From Pseudomonadota bacterium (GTDB taxonomy: Bacteria > Bdellovibrionota_B > Oligoflexia > Silvanigrellales > Silvanigrellaceae): 46,273 nucleotides of DNA. The stretch is from the NCBI GenBank assembly GCA_039799905.1, contig JBDLRP010000049.1, forward strand, positions 1 to 46,273, given 5' to 3'. Of the stretch, positions 26,449 through 37,300 are shown piece by piece; position 1 is the stretch's first letter; each line of letters opens with the position of its first letter. A program made the translations under genes and the position numbers. Under the pieces are notes generated by a model. That model was not told the origin of the DNA, searched no databases, and worked only from the letters and a program-made list of their open reading frames with translations.

Positions 26449-29340
26449 ATGCGAACCGCGAAAAGGCCATCAAGGCAAAAGAAGCGGTCCTCGAAACGGC
26501 TAAGCTCTCTGCTCAGCAGCGAACTTGGCTGGGTTTCACCGATCGCCCATCAGGTAGCCGAACGTTCGGACCTTTTCGCAAAGCTCATCGCCTCACTCGT
26601 CGTAGCACTCTCAAAATCGCCACACCTGCCCAAACGCGCCGTGGATCGCCTCAAGAAACATGAACTCAGTCTGACGCTCTTGAGCGCCTTCGGCGGCAGC
26701 GACCTGATTTCGGACCTCGAAAAGGCAATAAAAAGTTTGAGCGACAGACTTGCGAATCACGACCTTGCCAAACCGGAGTCGGAAGAATTCATCCGCAAAA
26801 ATCTCGCCCCCGCCATTGCGACGCTGGCACGGCTGATCGAAAAGCACCCTAAGCTTGTACACTTGCTTTTTCACGTCGAACTTCTCGAACATGAGCTGGG
26901 CGGTGCGGGTAAAAAGCTGAGCCAGATATTAAAAGTTCTGCCGATCGTCTCCAGCAGGGCCGCGGCGCTCTTTCCCGAAATCCGCGAACAGTGCTTTGCT
27001 GCGCTCTTCCGCCTTTCAGAGGCCGACAGAGAGGAACTGGCGAAGTTCTCCGACAGCCTGCTCAAAGGATTGTTCAAGCAATTTGCTTTGCCAAAATTGG
27101 AGAAGATTCTCGAGGAAGATCCGCGCGGGAAAATCATCCTGCCCTTTTTGAGCGACATACTTTCACTCATTCCCGCTGAATCGAGCCTGAATGCACTGAT
27201 CGCAACAGTATGCACGCCCAAGGAACAACTCACTGCGAGCAGGCTGCTTTCAATTGCCATTCAGGAACTTGGCGGATTGTATTTAAAGACTGCGCAAGTC
27301 TTGGCCGAAATGTGCCCACCGAATTTGGCCAAGGAGTTACGCAGCTCGCAGGATTCTGCCGCCGGTGTGTTTCCGAGTGTAGAAAAGTCGTTCAACTATT
27401 TGCTGACAGTCTTGAACCAACCCGATGTCCGCGAACGTTGGGAAAACTACCTGGAGATCCCGACCGTCGCCTGCCCGCATTTCGCCGCAGCGAGTGTCGG
27501 AGCAATTTATGAACTTAAACTAAATGAAGCTGGACGCGAAAAATTCGGGGTCAAAACGCTTCTTGTCAAAATTCAGCGACCCGGACTGCAGGAACTGCTC
27601 GAAATACAGGCTGCGCATCTGACACACATCGCACGCTCCATCAGGAGCAGCATTGAGGACGATGCAAGCATCGGAACAGTGCTGAAGGTTGAACTCAATG
27701 GAATGTGCGACGCTCTGCTGCGCGGGATCACCCACTACTTTCGGCAATGCTCTTCGGAACTGGACTTCCGTCGTGAGCAGGAAAATGCAGACAACATAAG
27801 AGCCTCGCTACCGAGCAATTCGAAAGTCGCAGTGCCGCGTTATTTTCAGACAAGTCCAAAGTTTCTCTTCATGGAACGCATGCCCGGAACCAAAATTACC
27901 CGCAGCGTGCAAACCAAATACCTCGAGCGGCGTGACATCGCCGATCGTTTGATCAGTGCCTATTTGAGTTTGTTGTTTGACAGGGGAATCGTCTGGGCCG
28001 ATCCGCACCCGGGTAATATTTTGCTAGACGACAGCACGCTTACCGTCTCCATGATCGACCTCAATCCGTGCTTCATCTGGGATTCAAGCACGCGCGAGCA
28101 ATTCAAGGCGATGCTCTACAGACTGCTCCTGCGCGACGTCGGTGGTGTGCTCGACACACTTTATCTTTTGGTCTCGAATCCGGAGGCACTCCACAGCAAC
28201 AAGCTCTTTGATGAACTCAGCAAGTTGCTGAGAGCCGAAGAATATCCGCACGGAACGGCCCATTTCATGGCCGACTTCATTCGTGTACTGGCGGAAAACA
28301 GCATTGACCTGCGCATCGAAGTTCAAGCCGCGATGCGAGGCCTGACCCAGCTGGCCATCACCGCAACCTCAGTTTCTGCCAGAAACTCGTTCGCCATGGA
28401 GGTGCGCAAGTATTTCGGATTGCGGGATATCCTGAACACCGTCTGGGACGTAGGTTTGTTGAGAGTATTCCGCGTCACGACGGCAATCATCTTTCAACAT
28501 ATTCAGCGTTCTCCGGAAATAGAAATTGGCCCCACCCTTGATGAACGCGACCTGCGAACGCTGGCACTCAGACTTTCCGAACTCAGGAAGGCGGATGTGT
28601 GTGAAATTCGTTTTCGGAGGGTCTCGCCCGAAGAACACGGCAATCTGCGGCAGACTCCCGATGGAGTCTCATTGCTCACGTCCTCCGATTTGAAGCTCGT
28701 GATCCTTGACGGAGTGCGACCCGCGCGCGTCCGCTACGTGATTGAGCTGCCGTCTTCCTATTGGTTGCGAGAACGTCAGGAATTCGTAAAGCTGACAACA
28801 CTCGCGCGTAATTTTGCAATCATCGAATGCCTCGAGCAATTGCGGCGCAAATCTCTCGATGACTACTGGCGGACGGTTGAATCGTGGAGCAAGCCGCTGC
28901 ACCAGCGCACCGTCAATGAGGTCAGCCTGATTGGCGGAGTCAAGACAGCCGCCAGACGCCTCTTCCAACTGCGTTTTTCGCAACTCTGGGACCATCCGAT
29001 GTCGGGACTGGGCTGGAATGCGAGGGTGCTCTGGAAATTATTGCTTGCAATGGAGATGCGCCGTGAATTCGCAGAGCAAAAATTCGTTGAGGTCGCCAGC
29101 AAAACCAAGGCGCACTTACCGGTTGCCCTGCTGGCAGTTGGGACCGTCCACCGCGTTCGCATTCTGCTTTGGGAAGCAATCCTCCGCCTGACCCGCTGGA
29201 GGCTGATGAAAAGACGCTTTTCCATGAGTCTGCTGCCCATCGGCATCGATGAGCTGGAATCAATTATACTCCACAATCTGGGCCGTTCGCGTTTCCAACT
29301 GCACAGTTCACAACGTAACCTTCGTGACGGCGCACGTTGA
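26449..29340 (+). CDS. Large UbiB/AarF/ABC1-family atypical kinase
   Basis: GGLYLKTAQ, AAASVG, VKIQRPG, ELDFRRE, ADPHPGN; long N- and C-terminal extensions. Confidence 0.85.
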   Translation: MRTAKRPSRQKKRSSKRLSSLLSSELGWVSPIAHQVAERSDLFAKLIASLVVALSKSPHLPKRAVDRLKKHELSLTLLSAFGGSDLISDLEKAIKSLSDRLANHDLAKPESEEFIRKNLAPAIATLARLIEKHPKLVHLLFHVELLEHELGGAGKKLSQILKVLPIVSSRAAALFPEIREQCFAALFRLSEADREELAKFSDSLLKGLFKQFALPKLEKILEEDPRGKIILPFLSDILSLIPAESSLNALIATVCTPKEQLTASRLLSIAIQELGGLYLKTAQVLAEMCPPNLAKELRSSQDSAAGVFPSVEKSFNYLLTVLNQPDVRERWENYLEIPTVACPHFAAASVGAIYELKLNEAGREKFGVKTLLVKIQRPGLQELLEIQAAHLTHIARSIRSSIEDDASIGTVLKVELNGMCDALLRGITHYFRQCSSELDFRREQENADNIRASLPSNSKVAVPRYFQTSPKFLFMERMPGTKITRSVQTKYLERRDIADRLISAYLSLLFDRGIVWADPHPGNILLDDSTLTVSMIDLNPCFIWDSSTREQFKAMLYRLLLRDVGGVLDTLYLLVSNPEALHSNKLFDELSKLLRAEEYPHGTAHFMADFIRVLAENSIDLRIEVQAAMRGLTQLAITATSVSARNSFAMEVRKYFGLRDILNTVWDVGLLRVFRVTTAIIFQHIQRSPEIEIGPTLDERDLRTLALRLSELRKADVCEIRFRRVSPEEHGNLRQTPDGVSLLTSSDLKLVILDGVRPARVRYVIELPSSYWLRERQEFVKLTTLARNFAIIECLEQLRRKSLDDYWRTVESWSKPLHQRTVNEVSLIGGVKTAARRLFQLRFSQLWDHPMSGLGWNARVLWKLLLAMEMRREFAEQKFVEVASKTKAHLPVALLAVGTVHRVRILLWEAILRLTRWRLMKRRFSMSLLPIGIDELESIILHNLGRSRFQLHSSQRNLRDGAR

Positions 29341-30238
29341 GAACTCCATCGCGGAGAAAAAGATACTGACCTTTGATTGCGTAGACGGGAGAGTCGAGCG
29401 CAGGTGTTTTGTCCAACGACAAGGAAACAACTTTTTCAGGAACGGCATTCCAAAACGGAAACTCGATTTCTGCGACGACAGCCTCATTGAGAACGGCAAC
29501 TTCGGCAGCTTGCGGAGCCGCATCAGGTGGAGCGACCCGCAAAGACTCACTCTGTCCGTCGGCAAGTCCGGCTGCAAGCATGGCAAGAGCCTGGCTGCGC
29601 ACGGAATTGAATTCCTCGAGGCTTGGCCTGTTGTTTGCCGACTTGAGCATCTTCATCCAGTGGCTTTTGTCAGCAAAAGTGCGACACAGGAATGCTTCTA
29701 GGACCCCTGCCTGATGACGCGAGCCGACCTTGGCCAACAAGACTGCCATCGTGGCCCCTTGATCGATCCAGCGGGTAGGAACCTGTTGGCTGCGTGTGAT
29801 TCCGACTTTAAACTTGTCCGTAAAAGCTAAATAGACATAATGAGGCTGGTAGCAGAACTCTTCACCCCACGAAGGTTCACGGCACGTGCCTTTGGTGTAG
29901 TGACAACCAACGGGATTAAGGACACACCGGTCGGCTTGAGCCGAGCTTTGCAGGCATGGGTAACAGCAGCCATCAAAGAGTTTCTTCACAGAACGATTAC
30001 AAATCGTGCAACAGAACTGACCGGCATGTCGGAACAGCACTCGGCTCTCAGACTCAATCGGGCGGCCGTTCAACTCATACGACGCTCGGATGCTTATTAC
30101 TTGAGCAGGCTTAGTAATTCCCGCTTCAAAACGAAGTGGAAGTTCATCCCACTGCTCTTTTGTCATTCCTTTTGCGCGGACAGTCATCTTGGAAAGCGTC
30201 AGATTTTCGACCAAAAATGCCTCCATACATCCCAGCAA
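29264..30238 (-). CDS. DUF2797-family Cys-rich protein
   Basis: CTIC...CYPC...C..NP..CH...GTCRE...C.QPHYVYLA...KVGITR..QVPTRWIDQGA; start uncertain. Confidence 0.85.
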   Translation of the reverse strand: MLGCMEAFLVENLTLSKMTVRAKGMTKEQWDELPLRFEAGITKPAQVISIRASYELNGRPIESESRVLFRHAGQFCCTICNRSVKKLFDGCCYPCLQSSAQADRCVLNPVGCHYTKGTCREPSWGEEFCYQPHYVYLAFTDKFKVGITRSQQVPTRWIDQGATMAVLLAKVGSRHQAGVLEAFLCRTFADKSHWMKMLKSANNRPSLEEFNSVRSQALAMLAAGLADGQSESLRVAPPDAAPQAAEVAVLNEAVVAEIEFPFWNAVPEKVVSLSLDKTPALDSPVYAIKGQYLFLRDGVLNVRRHEGYVVNCAVGNANGPDCGV

Positions 30239-30419
30239 AACTCTTCAATTCTAAAGCGTTAGAAGAACTCGGGGTGAGCTTTCCGTGCACAATGCACTAG
30301 TTTTTTACCCAAGAAAAGTTTCCCGTTGCGTCGAACTCGGTAAAGTGGGAGACGAGGCATCGGTTTTTCACTCTCTAATCAATGCTCTGTTTTTAAGCAA
30401 AGAGGGTCTTTGACACGGT

Positions 30420-32258
30420 TTGATTCCGTTCGGGGGAACTTGGGTGACTGTTTATTCGAAGAAGAACAAGCAACAAAAAAAACTCAATGGCGTCGTACTG
30501 GCTTTGAGTTTATTTGTGACCGTTGCTTGTCAGTCACAAGGTACATACCGCACCCCACCACGCCTGTCGCTTGATGGAACCCAGCTATCGATGCTCGAGC
30601 GGACTGACTTGACTCCGCAACCACTGACGGCCAAGCGGATACCCGAAAGTGATTCACAAGCTGCCGGCAGTCGGCAAAAGGCGGCCAGCGCAGAATCAAC
30701 CGCACGCAATCAAATAAGCCAACAGACCGCCCGTCCGCTTTTGTCTCGCGACTCGGCCGCTGCAAAACAGCTTGCGGAAGGTGTCATGTATAACGTCGCG
30801 AATGCGACGGCCCCCGCAACCCAAGACTTGGACCAACTTAAAGAACAAGCCGATACACTGGATGACACAGATTCCGAAAACGAAGGTTCGGCGCTGGTTG
30901 AAGAGACCGAAGTCGACGCAGACAAAGAAATCTTTGACGCGGACTCCGCGCGCAGCCCGGAAGAAGTCGCGCAACTACTGCAACAATCAGGGATCGAGGG
31001 ACACTTCGCGCTCTGTGAAGGCAGTGTCTACATGGACGAATGGCAACGCATCTTTGACAGCCAGTTTGTCAGTGCACATCGGGATAACTTCAAAAAATCT
31101 TCGCACTTGCGAAAAGCGCTCGAGAGCGCCCGCTCGGAAGAATATACAAAGTTGCTGCTCCCGACTCTTTCGAACCTCGATTTCGACTACCCGGTTGTCA
31201 TCAACGAAGATGTCATCAAATGGATCCAGTACTTCCAGACACGAGGCCGGCGTGCATTTGTCACTTGGCTCAGACGAGCGGAAGACGTGATCCCTCAGTC
31301 AGTCCCTGTCCTTGAGCGGTTCGGATTGCCCAAAGACCTGATCTATTTGGCGATGATTGAATCCGGATTCAACAACAAGGCAACCTCGATTGCACGTGCC
31401 GCAGGTACTTGGCAGTTCATGCGCGCTACCGGACGAAACTTCGGACTCAAGCTCAACGACTACGTCGATGAGCGGCGTGACCCGGAAAAAGCGACCGTCG
31501 CTGCAGCAAGATATCTCACTTATCTTTACACAATGTTCGGCGACTGGCATTTGGCGGCGGCGAGCTACAACGCTGGAGAAGGCCGAGTTTCACGCAGCAT
31601 GCGCGGACAGCCGGACAAATCTTTTTTTGGTCTCTCTGCAGCGCGCAGACTACCCAACGAAACTCGAAACTATGTGCCCAAACTCATTGCGGCAATGATC
31701 ATTTCCAAGAATCCGACCCGATTCGGGTTTGAGGTATCAGAGGGCAGCAGAGCTCTGCGCACACGCGGTCTGGCGCTCGAAAAATCAGTCCGGCTGAGCG
31801 ACCTTGCCTCTGCAATTAACGTTGACCTGAAGGTTCTTGAAAGCATCAACCCTGAGTTGCGGCTCGGTGTGACCCCGCCTGCTCAGGAAAAATCACCCTA
31901 TGTTTTAAGGGTGCCAGAGAGCTTCTATCCGGCCGCAATCGCGGCGGTGGACACGCTTCCGCAGGCGTCCCGCTCGGTGCAGATTGTTGCCCGTGTGAAG
32001 AGAAAAGAAACTCTCAATCAAATTGCAAGTCGCTACGGAATTTCGCTTGCAACGCTGCTGAAAGCTAATCCCAGCATCCGACCCAACGTTCGCTTGGCAA
32101 AAGGCCAGAGTGTGAAGATACCTGTATCGTTGGGGACCGGTCAGTACGAACGCCTCACGCGCGAAGACAAGGTCTCGCGCCGGAAGTCGCGCTCTGCTGC
32201 GGGCAAATCTCGTTCAGTGAAGGTAGCCTCCCGCCGGTCCGGAAAATCTAGGGAGTAA
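30420..32258 (+). CDS. mltD: MltD-like lytic transglycosylase with LysM domain
   Basis: LAMIESGF, AAGTWQFM, DERRDP, ASYNAGEG, ETRNYVPK; LysM ETLNQIASRYGISLATLLKAN; VAC lipobox-like site; start uncertain. Confidence 0.9.
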   Translation: MIPFGGTWVTVYSKKNKQQKKLNGVVLALSLFVTVACQSQGTYRTPPRLSLDGTQLSMLERTDLTPQPLTAKRIPESDSQAAGSRQKAASAESTARNQISQQTARPLLSRDSAAAKQLAEGVMYNVANATAPATQDLDQLKEQADTLDDTDSENEGSALVEETEVDADKEIFDADSARSPEEVAQLLQQSGIEGHFALCEGSVYMDEWQRIFDSQFVSAHRDNFKKSSHLRKALESARSEEYTKLLLPTLSNLDFDYPVVINEDVIKWIQYFQTRGRRAFVTWLRRAEDVIPQSVPVLERFGLPKDLIYLAMIESGFNNKATSIARAAGTWQFMRATGRNFGLKLNDYVDERRDPEKATVAAARYLTYLYTMFGDWHLAAASYNAGEGRVSRSMRGQPDKSFFGLSAARRLPNETRNYVPKLIAAMIISKNPTRFGFEVSEGSRALRTRGLALEKSVRLSDLASAINVDLKVLESINPELRLGVTPPAQEKSPYVLRVPESFYPAAIAAVDTLPQASRSVQIVARVKRKETLNQIASRYGISLATLLKANPSIRPNVRLAKGQSVKIPVSLGTGQYERLTREDKVSRRKSRSAAGKSRSVKVASRRSGKSRE

Positions 32259-32261
32259 AAA

Positions 32262-32582
32262 ATGACAGATTTCGTCGAATTGTCGGATGACAACTTTAAT
32301 GCCTTGGTTGCCGGAAGCCGGCTAGCGCTGGTCGATTATTACGCAGGCTGGTGCGGCGCGTGCCGCATGGCAGCACCGATGTTTCGCCGTGTTGCCGAAG
32401 AATTTAAGATGGATTTATTTAAAATAGACGCTGAAAAGAACCCTCAATCACGGGAAGCCGTTGAAATTGAGAACCTGCCGACTCTGGCTCTCGTCAAGGA
32501 TGGCAGAGTAGTCGCATCCCTGTGTACGACTCGTGAAGAGAGCCTGCGCACCTTTCTTGCCGAGCACGGCGTCAGCATCTGA
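32262..32582 (+). CDS. Thioredoxin-family protein
   Basis: YAGWCGAC active site, cis-Pro LPT. Confidence 0.9.
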   Translation: MTDFVELSDDNFNALVAGSRLALVDYYAGWCGACRMAAPMFRRVAEEFKMDLFKIDAEKNPQSREAVEIENLPTLALVKDGRVVASLCTTREESLRTFLAEHGVSI

Positions 32583-32595
32583 AGGACACTCCCCG

Positions 32596-32832
32596 ATGGA
32601 CCTCAAAGCTATGCGCGAGCTCGCGCAAAAATATACCGTCGACGAGCTCAATGCCTACGTCAGTGAACTCGAGACAAACGGCCGCTGCGACTGTTCGGAT
32701 AAACAGGACCCCTGCGAAGTGATGAATGACCTTTTACAGGCCATGGAAGTTCGCAAGTCGATGGATGCGGGGCTGACTGTGCAGGAAGCTGTCCGCGAAT
32801 TCAGCAAGCGTGTGCGCGCAGTGTTGAGCTGA
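32596..32832 (+). CDS. Small helical protein, DUF6952-like
   Basis: AAGGA RBS; LLQAMEV..MDAG....EAVREFSKRVRAVL resembles the C-terminus of DUF6952 proteins as I recall them (not search-verified). Confidence 0.6.
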   Translation: MDLKAMRELAQKYTVDELNAYVSELETNGRCDCSDKQDPCEVMNDLLQAMEVRKSMDAGLTVQEAVREFSKRVRAVLS

Positions 32833-32833
32833 A

Positions 32834-34321
32834 TCAGAGAATTCCCAGCAGCGAAATAGTGACAACGCCTTTTTGTACCACCGACTGTGTCTTAAAATTA
32901 CGTTCCCAATCATAAGAACCGTTTGAACTCACGGTTAGATAAGGCTGCAGACTAAAGGTCAAACCAAGTCCTGCGGTGTTCTTGAGCGCGTACTGTGGCG
33001 CTGTAAGCAGTTGCGAAGACGTGCGCTCACCCAGCACCTTATTGGTCAACTTAAGCGAACTCCTCTTGCTGAGAGCAAAACTCACGCTGGGAGTGAGCGA
33101 GACGTCGCCTTTGCGCTCGGCAGGATTTTTTTTCAGAGGCAATCTGTAACCGGCATCAAACGGAATGCTGAGTGTCAGGCTTCCCCATTCGCCCAGAGCT
33201 TGATCGCGAAAAAATCTGACGAGCGCAGAACTGCGGTCCGCTGAAGAACTCTTCTGCAGGTCTGCTTCATAAGCCAGATTCAACTCATTTGCAGCAAGCG
33301 ACATTTTGAGGCCTGCGCTTGAGGTCAGCGACTTCGAGCCCGCACGCACATAATTGGCGGTTGTCGAGAGTTTAAAGATACCCAAATTGCGACCGGCATA
33401 TTTAGACCAGTTTGTTTCGGCTTCAGCAAACAACACATCCAAAGCGGCAAAGCTGCGATCCATGTTGCGAATGCCAAAGACACGAAGTCCCAGTCCAAAC
33501 GGACCATCACCTTTTTTGTGTCCGCCGAGTCCTTCCACGTTGGCAAACATGCCTGCAAGAATTTTACTGCCGGCGCGTCTTTTATAGGTGCTTGGCAATT
33601 CGCTGTTGCGCGGCAGGCCCAAGACATTCGTCTCATATTGATAAGAAAGCGGGCTGACCAAGGTCCAAGGCCGCTGCCGTGCGATGCGCGACATAAAAGC
33701 CGCCGCAGACTGCTGCAGAGCAGGATCAAGACTGTCATTCCAAGTCAGCCGGACAAAGCTGCTGCGCGAGTCAAACAGCCTGCCGGTTTCAAAGGCAATC
33801 ACCCCTAGGTAGTAGGGGAGCAGGAGCCGGCGCTGGCCAGACAAATCATCAGCAGCTGCCGCCAGACGCAACAGGACGTCGGCGTCAATCCACTGCTTTC
33901 TTTCCATGAGAATCAATGCTGTTTCGTATTGGGCCGGCGCAAAGTCTTCATCCAGTTTCAACGCCTGCCTGAGCAACTCGAAAGACTCGTCCGTTTTATA
34001 CAGCCCCTTCAATATCAGGGCTTTGCAAACCAGCAGCCGCGGATTTTTCTCTATTTCCTTCTCGGAAAATACCCGCAGCAGGTCACGCGCCTCGAAAATA
34101 TTCTCCTGATCCAGCAGCTCCTCGATCTTCTTCAATGTCTGTTGCTTTTGCTGTGAATTTGCCGGCACGAGCCTGACGGGCATCGGCCTCATAACTGCGT
34201 CCGATGCGCTTGCAGGTGGAACAGGTGCAAAAAACAGCGCTCCAACCGCTCCTGCGGCGACCGCAAAGCTGCGCATGAGATGAACGGGTTTAGGATTTGA
34301 GCTGGTTCTGGCTTCCTGCAT
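32834..34321 (-). CDS. Exported TPR protein with probable C-terminal beta-barrel
   Basis: Signal peptide ending PASA; TPR-like helices (ALKLDEDFAPAQYE, YYLGVIAF); alternating beta-strand pattern in the C-terminal half; start uncertain, overlaps the mfd 3' end. Confidence 0.7.
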   Translation of the reverse strand: MQEARTSSNPKPVHLMRSFAVAAGAVGALFFAPVPPASASDAVMRPMPVRLVPANSQQKQQTLKKIEELLDQENIFEARDLLRVFSEKEIEKNPRLLVCKALILKGLYKTDESFELLRQALKLDEDFAPAQYETALILMERKQWIDADVLLRLAAAADDLSGQRRLLLPYYLGVIAFETGRLFDSRSSFVRLTWNDSLDPALQQSAAAFMSRIARQRPWTLVSPLSYQYETNVLGLPRNSELPSTYKRRAGSKILAGMFANVEGLGGHKKGDGPFGLGLRVFGIRNMDRSFAALDVLFAEAETNWSKYAGRNLGIFKLSTTANYVRAGSKSLTSSAGLKMSLAANELNLAYEADLQKSSSADRSSALVRFFRDQALGEWGSLTLSIPFDAGYRLPLKKNPAERKGDVSLTPSVSFALSKRSSLKLTNKVLGERTSSQLLTAPQYALKNTAGLGLTFSLQPYLTVSSNGSYDWERNFKTQSVVQKGVVTISLLGIL

Positions 34322-37300
34322 ATGATTCACCTGCAAACAGCGTCAGATACTTTTTGAGATCGGCCAACCCTGTCTGACCAAACTCCGCACGGAACTGACG
34401 CTTCTTCAAAGGTAACAGCAATCTGCCGTCAGGTGTAAGTCTGACTCCCTTCACCTCACGGTTGCAAACGTCGAAAATCCGTCTGACGATTGCCTCGGCA
34501 TCGTGATCTTCGCGTGCCTGCAGGATCTCCGGACTGATTTTGATCTCGGTAAAATCATCGCTCACATTCAAGCCGATACCACCAAAGCTCATCAGCCAGC
34601 GCCTCACCCGTGCCATGTCGGCCAGGTTTTGCACGCTCTCGGGGAGCGGACCAAAACGGTCGGCACACTCGAGTGTCAGAGCACTCAGATTGTCTTCGTT
34701 ACGCGCCCCGAAAAAGCGTCTGTAGAGACGCAACCGCTCACGTGAATTTTGCACGTAGTCCTCGGGGATCTGTGCTTCGATCGGTACCTGAATTTCCGCC
34801 TCCGGAAGCACCCTCACCTTACGACCGCCAATCGAACGTATCGCATCGTCGAGCATCTGCATGTAGGTGTCCAGCCCCACCTCGGTGACGCGGCCGCTCT
34901 GATCGTCACCCATGATGTTGCCCGCCCCGCGCATTTCGAGGTCCTGACTTGCAATCACAAACCCGCTGCCCAATTCCTGATGTTCACGCAAAACCTCGAG
35001 TCGCTTGACTCCTTCGTCCTCTTCGCGCGCGGACGGACTCATAAGGAAGTAGGCATAACCGCGTGTCGACCGGCGGCCGACACGTCCGCGCAACTGATAC
35101 AGCTGCGACAAGCCAAAATGGTCGGCGTCCTGCACGATGATGGTGTTTACGTTGGGCATGTCGATGCCCGATTCAATAATCGTCGTGCACAACAAGACGT
35201 CGTATTTCTGGTCGATAAATTCAATGATGGTCTTGTCGAGATCCTTTTGCCCCATTTTACCGTGACCGATGCAAATGCGCGCCTCGGGAACCAGTTTTTT
35301 GAGATAGGTTTCCACCGACGGCAAATCTTCAACACGGTTATGAACAAAGAAAATTTGTCCGGCACGGGCCATTTCGTACTTGATGGAGTCGCGGATGGTG
35401 TTCTCGTCGAACGGACAGACGAAAGTCTTGACGGCCAAGCGCGCCTTCGGGGGCGTTGTGAGCAGGCTGAGTTCGCGCAAACCAATCATGGCCATCTGCA
35501 AGGTGCGGGGAATCGGCGTCGCACTCATCGTCAGGACATCGATTCCATATGAGAGTGTTTTGATTTTTTCTTTTTGCAGAACACCAAAACGCTGCTCTTC
35601 GTCAACAATCAGCAGTCCCAGGTCACGAAACTTGACGTCCGGCGACAACAGGCGGTGGGTGCCGACAAGGATATCGATACCTCCCTCCGCAAGCTTTTTG
35701 AGTACCTTTGCAGAGCCTCCCGAACCTGACGAGCGATCGAGAATTTCGACATTCACTCCGAACTGCCCAAATCGCTCCTGCAGGCTGCGGTAGTGCTGAT
35801 GCGCAAGCACTGTAGTGGGAACCAGCCACGAAACCTGTTTTCCATCCAAAACTGCGCGATACGCCGCGCGCATGGCGACTTCTGTTTTGCCGAATCCGAC
35901 ATCGCCGCAAAGCAGACGGTCCATCGCCTTCGGCCGGCTCATGTCTGCCTGAATTTCACGCGTCGCCTTAAGCTGATCAGGGGTCTCATCGTAAGGAAAT
36001 GCCGCTTCAAAAAGAAGATAATTATCCTCGATTCCGGCATACGCGTGCCCCGGCGTTGTTGCCCGTTTTGCCTGATGCTCAAGAAGCTCCTTGGCAACTT
36101 TGGCGGCCTCTTCTTTGGCGCGCGCCTTGCGCTTCTCCCATTGCGTACCCTTGAGCGAATCAAGCTGGGCAGTGTCAGACTTGCCCGCGCCGATGTATCT
36201 CTGGACAAGGCTGAGCTTGTGCACCGGCACGTAAATCTTATCGTTGCCGGCGTATTCGAGAACTAAAAAATCACCCGAAATATCCATAATCTTAATGGTC
36301 ATCAGACCACGGAATCGGGCTATGCCGTGTTGCACGTGAACAACCAAATCGCCTTCGGCAAAGTCTCCAAACTGACCCGTCAGCAGCGTTTCCGTAGCTT
36401 CACGGGATGCGCGGCGGGAATCCTCCTCCGAGGCAATTTCAAGACTGTGATCCTTGCTGACTCCACGCAGCCATTCTTCAGGCAAGACGATTTTTTTTGC
36501 GGCCGGCAGGAAAAACGGCGCAGCAAATTTTGCAAGTCGTGCAATCCACTCACTGTTTTTTGCGGCGGACACAGCGCCGTTAAATTCCGTGAGCGAAAAG
36601 ATCGGAATCTCGGCATCAATGAGGCGGAGTTTTTCCGAATCGGCAAGATGCGCTCTTAACAGAGCTGCAAACTCAAGGCAGGTATCCTGCGTCGGGCTCG
36701 TCACGACACAGCCGAGATCCGGTTGATCGCGCAACGCATCGCGAATCAATTGCAGGCGTTCGGAAAACTTTCGCTTACCTGCAGCTGTAAATTTTTCAGC
36801 GACCGAGTCCGGCAAAGAGAAGCGTCCGCCCTGAGTTTCGGGAGTAACATTAGCCTTAAGCCACTGCGGAAAATTTTCAGCTTCCGGATAGAGCTTTTCG
36901 GTTTTGATTGTCATGTACGATTTGCCGTAGCCTGCTTGCCACGCGCTCTCGTAAAGATCGGTGACCTCGCGCAGGCCCTGCAGAATCTGCTCCTGCTCTG
37001 CAATCGCATGCACCTGAACGCCGCTGCGCTCGCCGTCGAGAGTCTGCCCAAGAAATTCCTTCAATGCGATAAACTTGGTGTCCGAAAAGAGCGGGCAGAG
37101 ATCATCGATGCCAGGAAATGGAATTGAGCAGCGCACGTTTTCAAGCAGATCGTTGCGTATACTTCCTTGCAAGCCCTGTCCGAGAATTGCTTTGTTGAAA
37201 CGCTCAATCCACTGCACTGTCTGTGCTTCCACAGGCCAGACGAATTCTCGCGAAGGCAGAACGTAAATACTCTCCCGTGTCTCGAATGACCGCTGGTCGA

